Assembly: GCA_947459655.1 (NCBI GenBank)
Contig: CANHEE010000001.1
Coordinates: 39,493-103,492, forward strand
Reading direction: 5' to 3'
Source: Lewinellaceae bacterium
GTDB taxonomy: Bacteria; Bacteroidota; Bacteroidia; Chitinophagales; Saprospiraceae
DNA length: 64,000 nucleotides
Shown: piece after piece, positions 8,929 to 18,622 of the stretch
How positions within the stretch are numbered: the first letter of the stretch is position 1
How the letters are laid out: every line of letters begins with the position of its first letter
Translations under genes and position numbers: made by a program
Notes under the pieces: generated by a model
The model's input: only the letters and a program-made list of their open reading frames with translations
Database searches by the model: none
What the model was told of the DNA's origin: nothing

Positions 8929-9786
8929 ATGAAAAGGTCATTGCTAACCCTGGTTTTTGCTGCTGCAATTTTCCTGGATGCCCCCTTGGCTTCCGAGAAA
9001 CCGCGCAACAATTACATAGACAAATACAAGGATATTGCTCTTGCCGAAAAGCGCAGAAGCGGAATTCCTGTAGCCATCATACTTGGCCAGGGTATATTTG
9101 AGAGCGGATGGGGCGAGGCGCAACTGGCTACAGGGGCGAACAATCACTTCGGCATCAAATGCGGCTCTGCATGGACCGGACCGACATTTGCTCAAAAGGA
9201 CGACGACCGCGATAGCTGCGGTAATATTATTCAGTCATGCTTCAGGTTGTATGAATCTGTTGAAGGATCGTACGTTGATCATACGAATTTTCTGATGAAT
9301 GGCAAACGATATAGCTCCCTATTCAATATCCCTCAGGACAACTACAGGGAGTGGGCATTTGGACTACAGAGCGCTGGTTACGCTACAGATCCGCAATATG
9401 CTGAAAAGCTCATCTCCATCATTGAACGCTTTCAACTGTACAGGTTTGATGGTCTCGGCGAACCAATTGTAACTCAGAATAACTTCATGGAGAACAAGTT
9501 TGAAAAGACCGTTACCTCTAGTAAAGCATACGTTCCGCTTAATGAAGTTGAAATCTTTGAAATAAGTGCTGGTACTGTGATTCAGGAAAGTCCTTTTAAC
9601 GTGCCGGTAAATTCAATACCTGCCTTGAAGGAAACGAATGACGAATCCAAACAGAATATCAAGAAAAAGTTTGAGGGCTTTTTTAAGAAACCGAAAGTTG
9701 GTAGCGGGGAAGCTACAGAAAATCTTGACGACATTCAACCCTCATTCGGGCAGCCTAAAACGGTGACTTCAGGAGTAAAAAAATAA
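8929..9786 (+). CDS. glucosaminidase-domain (GH73-like) peptidoglycan hydrolase
   Basis: AIILGQGIFESGWGEAQLATGANNHFGIKC and YATDPQYAEKL are GH73/FlgJ-type motifs. It has a signal peptide and a low-complexity C-terminal tail. Confidence 0.75.
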   Translation: MKRSLLTLVFAAAIFLDAPLASEKPRNNYIDKYKDIALAEKRRSGIPVAIILGQGIFESGWGEAQLATGANNHFGIKCGSAWTGPTFAQKDDDRDSCGNIIQSCFRLYESVEGSYVDHTNFLMNGKRYSSLFNIPQDNYREWAFGLQSAGYATDPQYAEKLISIIERFQLYRFDGLGEPIVTQNNFMENKFEKTVTSSKAYVPLNEVEIFEISAGTVIQESPFNVPVNSIPALKETNDESKQNIKKKFEGFFKKPKVGSGEATENLDDIQPSFGQPKTVTSGVKK

Positions 9787-9789
9787 AAT

Positions 9790-9827
9790 AAAAATGCCGG
9801 CTCAAATTCTTTGAGCCGGCATTTTTT
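9790..9827. terminator. bidirectional intrinsic terminator
   Basis: AAAAATGCCGGCTCAA pairs with TTGAGCCGGCATTTTT, a roughly 15-bp stem with a 5-nt loop. It lies between convergent genes and touches the pdxA stop codon. Confidence 0.75.
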
Positions 9828-10902
9828 ATGCTGTTTCTTCGCTTAAAACCTCATCCACATCAAACTTGGTTTTGTTCCTTACCAAAGGATTGGCTCGATT
9901 TTCCTCATACTCTCTTCTGTTTAATGCAATATCAACTGCAGTGAAAAGAGCTTTTCTGAACGATGACGGATCTGCTTCGTTTTTACCTGCTATATCATAG
10001 GCGGTACCATGATCAGGCGAAGTGCGAACAGCTTTTAGTCCTGCAGTATAGTTTACTCCGCTTCCGAATGATAAGGATTTAAAAGCTACCAAACCCTGAT
10101 CGTGGTACATTGCCAGTACAGCATGAAATTTCCTGTGTTGCCCTGCACCAAAGAAACCATCAGCGGCGTATGGACCAAATGCCATGATACCCTTCTTCTT
10201 TGCTTCATCAATCGCCGGCCTGATTATCTGTACTTCCTCCTCCCCGATTACACCTTCATCACCTGCATGCGGATTAAGGCCCAAGACGGCAATCAATGGT
10301 TTATCAACTGCAAAATCGCGTATCAATGATTCGTTCATTATTCTGAGTTTGTCCAGAATTTTACCCTTGGTAATCTGTTCGGTTACATTCTTCAAAGGAA
10401 CGTGGCCCGTTACAACTCCTATTTTCAGTCCATCGTTAACCAGCAACATCAAACTGTCTTTTGCTCCGAGCGCATCGCTGATGTACTCCGTGTGTCCCGG
10501 AAAAGGGAAGTTTGCCAACTGCATTGCCTTTTTATTGATAGGAGCTGTAACCAGAGCATCAATATGACCGGCACTCAAATCCTTCACTGCAGCCTCCAGC
10601 GATTTCATTGCATAAATACCGCCAACGTCTGTTATCTTTCCGAGTGTAATGTTGACCGTGTCATTCCAGCAGTTTACGATGTTTATCTTATCTGCTTCTG
10701 CCTGATCCCCTCCCCTGACGGTCTGAAATTGAAAGTCCGGCAATGAGACAATATTTTTGTGGTAAGACACAATTTTGGAAGAACCATAAATGACGGGTGT
10801 ACACGTTTTTAAAATTCTTTCATCTATGATTGTCTTGAGAATGACCTCCAGGCCAATTCCGTTAATATCTCCGATACTTATACCGACTTTTATTTTACTC
10901 AT
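9826..10902 (-). CDS. pdxA: 4-hydroxythreonine-4-phosphate dehydrogenase
   Basis: 358 aa. GDINGIGLEV, FPGHTEY and AVLGLNPHAGDEG are classic PdxA motifs. Confidence 0.9.
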   Translation of the reverse strand: MSKIKVGISIGDINGIGLEVILKTIIDERILKTCTPVIYGSSKIVSYHKNIVSLPDFQFQTVRGGDQAEADKINIVNCWNDTVNITLGKITDVGGIYAMKSLEAAVKDLSAGHIDALVTAPINKKAMQLANFPFPGHTEYISDALGAKDSLMLLVNDGLKIGVVTGHVPLKNVTEQITKGKILDKLRIMNESLIRDFAVDKPLIAVLGLNPHAGDEGVIGEEEVQIIRPAIDEAKKKGIMAFGPYAADGFFGAGQHRKFHAVLAMYHDQGLVAFKSLSFGSGVNYTAGLKAVRTSPDHGTAYDIAGKNEADPSSFRKALFTAVDIALNRREYEENRANPLVRNKTKFDVDEVLSEETA

Positions 10903-11011
10903 TTTCTATTATTTGTTGTTTTTTGAAATAATCAGTTTTAAAGATACACCAAAACAATCAATGTAGGGCATCTCGGAATGACTAGTCGGCAATTTAAAGC
11001 CATAACCCACA

Positions 11012-11025
11012 GTTCCACGTGGAAC
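11012..11025. promoter_or_regulatory. perfect 14-bp palindrome GTTCCACGTGGAAC
   Basis: Read directly; about 110 bp upstream of the pdxA start. It shares the core GTTCCACGTGRAACATA with the second copy at 11083-11100. Confidence 0.35.
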
Positions 11026-11082
11026 ATATACTTGTTGTTTTCTACGAAACAATCGACTTTATAAGGCCATTAAACAGTTTGA

Positions 11083-11100
11083 ATGTTCCACGTGAAACAT
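11083..11100. promoter_or_regulatory. imperfect 18-bp palindrome ATGTTCCACGTGAAACAT
   Basis: One mismatched pair. It lies 22 nt downstream of the kinase-like stop codon and about 180 bp upstream of pdxA. Confidence 0.35.
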
Positions 11101-11121
11101 AATTATTTGGTCAAGAACCAA

Positions 11122-12096
11122 TCACAATAAAATCGCTCCTTCATTATCTATACCTGAAACCACAACAACTGCTTCTACTTTATTACTTCTATACAGCTCT
11201 AATGCCTTAGCTACAAACTCTTCTGCATAAAGACTATTGTCAAATACTGCGAAAACGGCAGGGCCGTTACCTGTATAAGAACAACCTAATGCCCCGGCTT
11301 TCATGGCTATTGATTTAGTTTCATTAAACATTGCATTGCACGAATATAGTTGTGACACCCAGACACTATCAGACATGGAACGCTTTATCATGTCGTAATC
11401 AGCTTTTACCATACCCATTATAAAACTTCCCAGGTTTGCAGAATGGTGACTATAATCAGCCAAAGTCATCATAGATTTTAATACAGGTCTTCCTAATCTA
11501 TTATCATTGCCCACCACTGGATAAATAGCTGCAATAAAAAAGCCACGAGGTACAGGTATACGAACAAAATCACTTTGGTCTGCATCTCTAAGTAACATGC
11601 AACCACCCAACAAAGAGGCCACTACTTTATGTGCATTCTTTCCCTCATCATTGCTACATCCCTCAAGGGCAAACGACAACAAATCACGTTTTTCATAAGG
11701 CCGACCCATAAGTTCGTTTACAGCCATTACACTAGCTACGGCAGTAGCGGCCATCGAACCTAAACCTACACCTACAGGTACCTTCTTTTTTATTTGCATT
11801 TCTATACCTACATCTTCCTTATTCAAAGATCTAAGTAAAGCCAATGCACTTCTGCTTGCAGAATTTATCGAGGCATCTAAAACAAAACTATCTTTAGTGC
11901 CTGAAATTGAGGTAACTTTTAAACAGGGTTCTAAACCGAATTTAGCTATCACTTCATCTGCTAAACCTTTTAATGCTATACCTAATATATTAATCCCACA
12001 ACCTAGATTACTTATAGTTGCTGGTACTGAAACCTTAACACCTCGGTGTTTTAGTACGTCTATATGCTTTGGAGTTTGAGATCCTACTATTATCAT
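11122..12096 (-). CDS. GHMP-family kinase, divergent homoserine-kinase (ThrB)-like
   Basis: VPATISNLGCGINILG (ThrB motif 1), PVGVGLGSMAATA (GHMP motif 2, divergent from PxGSGLGSSA) and TGNGPAVFAV (motif 3). The true start may be internal (VKVSVPAT...). Confidence 0.7.
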   Translation of the reverse strand: MIIVGSQTPKHIDVLKHRGVKVSVPATISNLGCGINILGIALKGLADEVIAKFGLEPCLKVTSISGTKDSFVLDASINSASRSALALLRSLNKEDVGIEMQIKKKVPVGVGLGSMAATAVASVMAVNELMGRPYEKRDLLSFALEGCSNDEGKNAHKVVASLLGGCMLLRDADQSDFVRIPVPRGFFIAAIYPVVGNDNRLGRPVLKSMMTLADYSHHSANLGSFIMGMVKADYDMIKRSMSDSVWVSQLYSCNAMFNETKSIAMKAGALGCSYTGNGPAVFAVFDNSLYAEEFVAKALELYRSNKVEAVVVVSGIDNEGAILL

Positions 12097-12146
12097 TTAC
12101 ACTAACAGAAAGGCACGATTACCATTTATTGAATACAGTAATTAAG

Positions 12147-14066
12147 CTATATAAGTGTTTTAAAATAATTTGCAAATGCTTCTACAGTCATAGAACCCAT
12201 ATCTCCTTCTCCCTGCCGTCTAACTGATACTTTACCTTCTTCGACTTCCTTTTCACCAACTACCAGCATAAACGGTATTCTTTTTAATTCTGTGTCACGA
12301 ATCTTTCTTCCGATAGTTTCATTACGTGCATCTACAAATCCTCTTATGCCCATCAACTCAAGCTCTGATTTGATTTTATTACAATAGTTCTCAAACCTTT
12401 CGCTAATGGGCAAAATTGCAAACTGATCAGGCGTTAACCATAACGGGAACTTACCGGCACAGTGCTCAATTAAAACGCCCATAAACCGTTCCATCGACCC
12501 GAACGGTGCTCTGTGTATCATTACCGGACGATGTGTCTGGTTATCAGAACCAATATACTCCAGCTTGAAGCGCTCAGGAAGATTATAGTCTACCTGAATG
12601 GTACCCAATTGCCAGCTTCGACCCAACGCATCTTTTACCATAAAATCCAACTTTGGCCCATAAAATGCTGCCTCCCCAAGTTCTGTGACCGTTTTTAATC
12701 CAACTTCCTCTGTAGCTTCGATGATAGCACGTTCTGCCTTTTCCCATACTTCATCTGATCCTACATATTTGCTTTTATTTTCCGGATCACGAAGAGAAAT
12801 CTGAGCAGTGACATTGTCGAAACCAAATTTATTCAATACATGCATAGTTAAATCCAATACATTAAGGAACTCGTCCTTCAATTGTTCCGGCATACAAAAT
12901 AAATGCGCATCATCCTGAGTAAAACAACGAACCCTTGTCAGTCCATGCAATTCACCACTTTGCTCATACCGATATACTGTTCCAAACTCCGCTATACGTA
13001 AAGGTAACTCTTTATAAGACCTCGGCCGGTGACCGAAAACTTCACAATGGTGCGGACAGTTCATCGGCTTGAGCAAAAACAACTCACCCTCGTTCGGAGT
13101 ATGAATTGGCTGAAAACTATCTTCACCATACTTGTCCCAGTGACCAGATGTTTGGTACAATTCTTTCTTACCAATGTGGGGAGTAATTACCGGAAGATAT
13201 CCTCTCTTCAGCTGCTCATTTTTTAAGAAATCTTCCAGCCTCGTTCTTACAGCTGTACCTTTCGGTAACCATATTGGCAAACCCATACCCACTTTCTCTG
13301 AAAACATAAACAACTCCATCTCTGCTCCAAGCTTGCGATGATCACGTTTTTTGGCCTCCTCAATCATCTTCAGATAATCATCTAATTCTGATTGCTTTGG
13401 GAATGTAACAGCATATACACGCGTCATTTGCTTCCTGCTGTCGTCACCACGCCAAAAAGCACCTGCCAAGCTCATCAACTTTACTGCTTTCACATGACCT
13501 GTATCCGGAATATGTGGTCCACGGCACAAATCTGTAAAATTGCCCTGCTGATAAAAAGTTATGTTTCCATCCTCCAGGTCCTGCAACAACTCAACCTTGT
13601 ACTCGTCACCTTTATTGGTAAAATAATCAATCGCATCTTTTTTGGATACAGATGTTCTTGTGTAGGTATTGGCCTGACGAGCAAGTTCGATCATCTTTTT
13701 TTCAATCTGCTCAAATTCCTTAGAAGACAGCGAATGCTCACCCATATCTATATCGTAATAAAATCCAGTTTCAATCGCAGGACCGATACCAAATTTTGTT
13801 CCTGGATACAAGGCTTCTATAGCTTCTGCCATTAGGTGCGCCGACGAGTGCCAAAATGTTGATTTGCCATCCTTGTCATCCCATGTGAGCAATGACAAAG
13901 CCGCATCAACATCAATAGGTCGGGAAGCATCCCAGACTTCTCCGTTTACTTTGGCTGCTAATACTTTTTTTGCCAAACCATGCGAAATAGACTTCGCTAT
14001 GTCCATTGCACTAACTCCGGACTCATACTGCCTCACTGCCCCATCCGGAAATGTGATATTAATCAT
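12147..14066 (-). CDS. thrS: threonine--tRNA ligase
   Basis: 639 aa. TGS N-terminus, editing-domain [15 protein letters not shown], class II motifs ([20 protein letters not shown]...) and an anticodon-binding C-terminus. Confidence 0.95.
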   Translation of the reverse strand: MINITFPDGAVRQYESGVSAMDIAKSISHGLAKKVLAAKVNGEVWDASRPIDVDAALSLLTWDDKDGKSTFWHSSAHLMAEAIEALYPGTKFGIGPAIETGFYYDIDMGEHSLSSKEFEQIEKKMIELARQANTYTRTSVSKKDAIDYFTNKGDEYKVELLQDLEDGNITFYQQGNFTDLCRGPHIPDTGHVKAVKLMSLAGAFWRGDDSRKQMTRVYAVTFPKQSELDDYLKMIEEAKKRDHRKLGAEMELFMFSEKVGMGLPIWLPKGTAVRTRLEDFLKNEQLKRGYLPVITPHIGKKELYQTSGHWDKYGEDSFQPIHTPNEGELFLLKPMNCPHHCEVFGHRPRSYKELPLRIAEFGTVYRYEQSGELHGLTRVRCFTQDDAHLFCMPEQLKDEFLNVLDLTMHVLNKFGFDNVTAQISLRDPENKSKYVGSDEVWEKAERAIIEATEEVGLKTVTELGEAAFYGPKLDFMVKDALGRSWQLGTIQVDYNLPERFKLEYIGSDNQTHRPVMIHRAPFGSMERFMGVLIEHCAGKFPLWLTPDQFAILPISERFENYCNKIKSELELMGIRGFVDARNETIGRKIRDTELKRIPFMLVVGEKEVEEGKVSVRRQGEGDMGSMTVEAFANYFKTLI

Positions 14067-14181
14067 AAAAACTAGTTTTTTTCTCTAATACAAAAAGAGA
14101 ATTATGTTAACAATTATTTGATGTCTACTACGATGGAACAGCACAAAATGTTCACATTACAAATGACTAATATATATTATT

Positions 14182-16164
14182 TCATCGCTTCAGTTCACTT
14201 TTGATATCTTTAACTGTTGTAGCATTCTGCTTCATCAACCAGTCCTTTTCTATCATTAGTTTTGTTAATCTCAACAAAGACGCCCCGTAATCAAGCATGC
14301 TGTCGGTAAGAGCGCTATGTTTCTGAATAAGATTAACTGTATCACGGTTTACTTTTGAATAATTATATAACGAACTAGTACCTCCTTTCCGCTGAATAAG
14401 AACCTTGTCTTTGTTTAAAATACACAACTTATGATCCTGTGAAAATACAACATAGGGCCTCTTTTCTTTTAAAAGATCAAAACCAAGCGTATTACCAACA
14501 TAACTTATACCGACAACATTCATGAGTGTGGGCAAAATATCCGTCTGTGAACCCAATTTACGATTAATTGACGGCTCAATCATTTTCTTTGAATAGAAAT
14601 AACAAGGCACATGATTATAGGACATGGTAATGTCCCAAGGACTTGGAATATTGACACCGTGGTCACCAACTAGGACAAAAATAGTATTGGAAAACCATGG
14701 CTTCTTTTCAATTGTGCTGAAAAACTTTTTCAAAGCCCAATCAGCATATTGAAATCCCCTGTCCCGAGGAATACTAGCGGTTGGCTTGTATTCGGAAAAC
14801 TCCGGAAAAGTAAAAGGGGGGTGATTACTGTTCGATAAAAGTGTTACGAAAAATGGTTTACGTGCTTTGTGTAAAGAATCCATCTTACCAGTGGCAAAAC
14901 TGAACAGGGTCTCATCACCAACCCCCCAGTCATTAACCTGCTTTTCAGGCGGATATGCAGAAACATCATAAATTTCTTGAAAACCGTTCTGAGGAATAAA
15001 ATTCCCGATATTATCAAAGGCTTTATCATGAGTACAAAAAAATGCCGTCCGGTAACCATTATCCCGCAAAATACCTGCAATTCCGTAAAATTGGTCCACC
15101 CCATTCGTTTTCTTCATTGGATGCTCCAACATGTTGTATGGCATTCCGTACAGTGTAGAAAAAATTCCATTATATGTGTGTATTCCCCACGAATAGAAGT
15201 TGGGGAAAAAGAGCGACTTCCTGGTCATCTTATCTAAAAAAGGAGTCAAACTGGTATCAGATCCGGTATACCAACCCATTTTTTCTGCGCTCATGCTTTC
15301 CATCAGAATAATCACCACATTTGGCTTTTTATTCTTCTTAAATTCTATGCTCCTTGCTATGGGAGATTGGAAAAACAGTGGCTTTTTAACTTTATACAAC
15401 TTTTGAAAAAAATCAATTGCAGCCGAGTCGCTGGTATTTTTTTCAAACTGAAATTCGTTGTAATAGCTATCTGCGTATGTAAAAACCGGATTTAGCACCA
15501 CCTGGTTTACAAAAGGATCATTGGTAAAATATGCTGAGCGCATAGAGGATTCACCCGGCCTTAAAAACATGATGGAGACTAAAATCACAGCAAAGGCACC
15601 AAAGACCACGTTGCTTTTCTGCGGAGAGAATGACTCTGTATGCAATCTACCCGAGAAAAGCCAAACAGATTGAATCACCTTATTTAATCCCCAGACGGCA
15701 AAAATAAATACGAGGGCGAAAGGATAATATTGTGGCTCTTTCAACAGGAATGAAATTGCAAAGTAGAGGTTTTCTATCCTCGGAATGGCTGCCACATTTA
15801 ACCTTGAATTGAAGAAATTAAAATACGGAATATCGACACCTATAGCCAAAAGTACCAAAACTATAGCGAGTGATGAATAGATGCGTATCCCACGAAATAT
15901 TCGTTCGTCTTTCTTTTCTTTATAGTAACAATATGCCAGCACGGCAAATGGCGGGAACAACAGCCAGCAGGCTACAATGAAATCGAACCACATACCAAGA
16001 AAAAAAGCTCTTGATAAGACCGCAAAATTCTCCACCTGATAATTCGGAGCATTGTACACGACCATTCCGATTCGGGAAACCAGAAACAATGCAAGTATTA
16101 TAGAGGCGGTAATTGTCAGAAACCATAAAGGTTGCGGCAACAGATTCCTGATCCTTTTGTACAT
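14182..16164 (-). CDS. LTA-synthase/phosphoglycerol-transferase-family membrane sulfatase-fold protein
   Basis: Five N-terminal TM helices followed by an alkaline-phosphatase-superfamily domain (NVVIILMESMSAEKMG, VGDHG). Confidence 0.8.
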   Translation of the reverse strand: MYKRIRNLLPQPLWFLTITASIILALFLVSRIGMVVYNAPNYQVENFAVLSRAFFLGMWFDFIVACWLLFPPFAVLAYCYYKEKKDERIFRGIRIYSSLAIVLVLLAIGVDIPYFNFFNSRLNVAAIPRIENLYFAISFLLKEPQYYPFALVFIFAVWGLNKVIQSVWLFSGRLHTESFSPQKSNVVFGAFAVILVSIMFLRPGESSMRSAYFTNDPFVNQVVLNPVFTYADSYYNEFQFEKNTSDSAAIDFFQKLYKVKKPLFFQSPIARSIEFKKNKKPNVVIILMESMSAEKMGWYTGSDTSLTPFLDKMTRKSLFFPNFYSWGIHTYNGIFSTLYGMPYNMLEHPMKKTNGVDQFYGIAGILRDNGYRTAFFCTHDKAFDNIGNFIPQNGFQEIYDVSAYPPEKQVNDWGVGDETLFSFATGKMDSLHKARKPFFVTLLSNSNHPPFTFPEFSEYKPTASIPRDRGFQYADWALKKFFSTIEKKPWFSNTIFVLVGDHGVNIPSPWDITMSYNHVPCYFYSKKMIEPSINRKLGSQTDILPTLMNVVGISYVGNTLGFDLLKEKRPYVVFSQDHKLCILNKDKVLIQRKGGTSSLYNYSKVNRDTVNLIQKHSALTDSMLDYGASLLRLTKLMIEKDWLMKQNATTVKDIKSELKR

Positions 16165-16267
16165 ACTATTCGATCAAATAAGAAGCAAAGTTAATACGGA
16201 CAAACCGCATTTGGTCGCAACAGACGAACTATATCACTTTATCATCGCATTTTTTCACATTTGAGCG

Positions 16268-16275
16268 TACCTTTG
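16268..16275 (+). promoter_or_regulatory. Bacteroidota-type -7 box (TACCTTTG)
   Basis: Matches TAnnTTTG 18 nt upstream of the tsaE ATG at 16293. Confidence 0.3.
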
Positions 16276-16292
16276 AACCATTTTCATTGCTT

Positions 16293-16706
16293 ATGGAAAC
16301 AATTATTGCACACAATCTATCCGAACTTCCTGCAGTTGCTGACAAACTACTGGAATTTGCCGCCGGCAGGAAAAAATTTGCACTTCGCGCCGAGATGGGC
16401 ACAGGCAAAACTACTTTCGTCAAGGCCTTTTGTCAGAACCTGGGCGTAAAGGAAGCAACATCCAGTCCGACTTATGCACTGATCAATGAATACAGCTACA
16501 GCGGCGGAATCATCAGACATGCGGACCTCTACCGACTCAAATCTGCGGATGAAGCGATTGACTTTGGCATCGAAGACTATCTGTACGACGATGAGTACCT
16601 CTTTGTAGAATGGCCGGACATTATAGCTGACATACTACCCTACGATACCGTCCGCATCAACATCAGTGTAGATGAGCAAGGGTACCGACATTTCAGCTTC
16701 CAATGA
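16293..16706 (+). CDS. tsaE: tRNA t6A biosynthesis ATPase TsaE
   Basis: Walker A (MGTGKTTFVK), SPTYALINEY and HADLYRL motifs. The tracked start at 16287 is TTG; ATG at 16293 is preferred. Confidence 0.85.
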   Translation: METIIAHNLSELPAVADKLLEFAAGRKKFALRAEMGTGKTTFVKAFCQNLGVKEATSSPTYALINEYSYSGGIIRHADLYRLKSADEAIDFGIEDYLYDDEYLFVEWPDIIADILPYDTVRINISVDEQGYRHFSFQ

Positions 16707-16708
16707 TC

Positions 16709-17404
16709 TTAGGTTCTGGTTTGAATCCGTAATCTTGCCGTGAAGTACAAAAACCACGCAAAAAACAGGTACTCCACTGCATGGAACAGATAACTGTACA
16801 CTAGAAATCCTGCTGAAAAAAGGATGCTCATCAGAAATTGAATCCTCTCCGTCGTCAATTCTGAAAAAAACCTCTTGAGCAAGGCCCCAACCATTACCCC
16901 ACCATCCAAAGGCAACACAGGAATCAGGTTAAAAGCAAAAATGAATAAGTTGATCCACATCAGGCGAGTGGAAAAGGAGATACCGATATTGGACAAATGT
17001 TCCCGAAGCGTAATGTAGGTAGTATCTATTGGCTCAAAACGCTGTAGGATAATCCATATGGCCCCGGCGACAAGCAAATTGGTTAACGGACCACAAAAGG
17101 CAATAAAAAATTCACGGCCACCGCTTAATTTCCCTTTCTCTATGTACGCAATTCCACCTACCGGCAATATGAGCACTTCGCTCGTCCTGATGTTGAACAA
17201 GGAAGCAGCAAATGCATGACCAAGTTCGTGCAATACAATACAGAAAAATGCAGCTATTAAAAAGGCTGTGTTTAGTAGAATGGTCGAACTTTGCAAACCC
17301 TCATACCAGCCTGCCGCCAGAACATAAACCAGCAAAAAAGCAAAGGTCCAATGGAATCGTACCGGAATACCTTTTACCCTTATCACACCGAAACTCCCCT
17401 TCAT
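16709..17404 (-). CDS. M50 site-2-protease-family zinc metalloprotease
   Basis: HELGHAF zinc motif within a TM helix, a later LPLDGG motif, and a multi-pass membrane topology. Confidence 0.75.
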   Translation of the reverse strand: MKGSFGVIRVKGIPVRFHWTFAFLLVYVLAAGWYEGLQSSTILLNTAFLIAAFFCIVLHELGHAFAASLFNIRTSEVLILPVGGIAYIEKGKLSGGREFFIAFCGPLTNLLVAGAIWIILQRFEPIDTTYITLREHLSNIGISFSTRLMWINLFIFAFNLIPVLPLDGGVMVGALLKRFFSELTTERIQFLMSILFSAGFLVYSYLFHAVEYLFFAWFLYFTARLRIQTRT

Positions 17405-17494
17405 GCGAATGGCAAATAATTTGAGAAACTAAAACTCGAAAGATGCATTTGTGTTATATTTGAATAGGATTGCAAAAATAAAAGTACGGATAAA

Positions 17495-18532
17495 ATGTGG
17501 AATAAATACAAATACTTTCTCGCCTACCTGCTACCTGCTACTGCACTCTGGGGTATTTACAACGGCGGTTACCTGACCTTTACCGGAGTTGCTTTTTCTT
17601 TTGTCCTTCTACCCTTCCTTGAACTTTTCTTCAGGGGTACTCCCGAAAATCACGAACAGGATTCTGAAATAACTTTACAAACACAAAAGTTTTACGACTT
17701 CCTGTTGTACTTCAATATCCCTGTGCTTTACGGGATATTATTTTTTTTTCTAAGTAAAGTCAATGATTTTAATACTCTCGAAATGATTGGTTCCGTTTTG
17801 TCCACTGGAATTCTTGTTGGCAGTACAGGTATCAATGTGGCACACGAACTCGGCCACCGACAAAGCAAAATGGAGCAGTTTTTCTCTAAAATCCTTCTCC
17901 TTCCCGCACTTTACATGCACTTCTTTATCGAACACAACCGCGGTCATCACAAAACCGTCGGAACAGACGATGATCCCGTAAGCGCAAAAAAAGGTGAAAT
18001 CATCTATCTTTTCTGGATCAAAGCCATTGTCGGTGAATTTATATCTGCCTGGAATCTGGAAAAAGAACTCCTGCAAAAAAACAAACAATCGGTAATAGGA
18101 CTTCACAACGAAATGATTCGCTTCCAACTCGTGCAGTATGGATACCTTGCAGGTATTTTTGTGTCCTTCGGTATCACCGGATTGCTTGCAGCACTGGCCG
18201 TGGCACTGATCGGCGTGCTATTACTCGAAACCATCAACTATATTGAACATTATGGTCTGCGCCGAAAAAAAATGCCAAACGGATTTTACGAACCGGTACT
18301 GCCGAAACACTCCTGGAATTCCGACCACGAACTCGGGAGAATAATGCTCTATGAACTAACACGGCATTCAGACCATCACTATAAATCGACCAGGAAATAC
18401 CAGATACTTCGACATTTCGACGATAGTCCGCAACTGCCGATGGGTTATCCCGCCGCTTTGTTGCTGGCCCTGTTGCCGCCACTATGGTTTTACACAATGG
18501 ACAAAAGGCTTGAAAAAATCAATATGGAGTAG
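17495..18532 (+). CDS. alkane 1-monooxygenase (AlkB)-like membrane di-iron hydroxylase
   Basis: Histidine boxes HELGHR, EHNRGHH and RHSDHH at AlkB-like spacing. Confidence 0.8.
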   Translation: MWNKYKYFLAYLLPATALWGIYNGGYLTFTGVAFSFVLLPFLELFFRGTPENHEQDSEITLQTQKFYDFLLYFNIPVLYGILFFFLSKVNDFNTLEMIGSVLSTGILVGSTGINVAHELGHRQSKMEQFFSKILLLPALYMHFFIEHNRGHHKTVGTDDDPVSAKKGEIIYLFWIKAIVGEFISAWNLEKELLQKNKQSVIGLHNEMIRFQLVQYGYLAGIFVSFGITGLLAALAVALIGVLLLETINYIEHYGLRRKKMPNGFYEPVLPKHSWNSDHELGRIMLYELTRHSDHHYKSTRKYQILRHFDDSPQLPMGYPAALLLALLPPLWFYTMDKRLEKINME

Positions 18533-18622
18533 TTATACAAACACAATTGCTTTTCATGTGTTTGTACAACGGAGTTGTGCGCTCCGCAAGAGATTTTTTT
18601 GGCAGTATTAACAGAAAACAGA

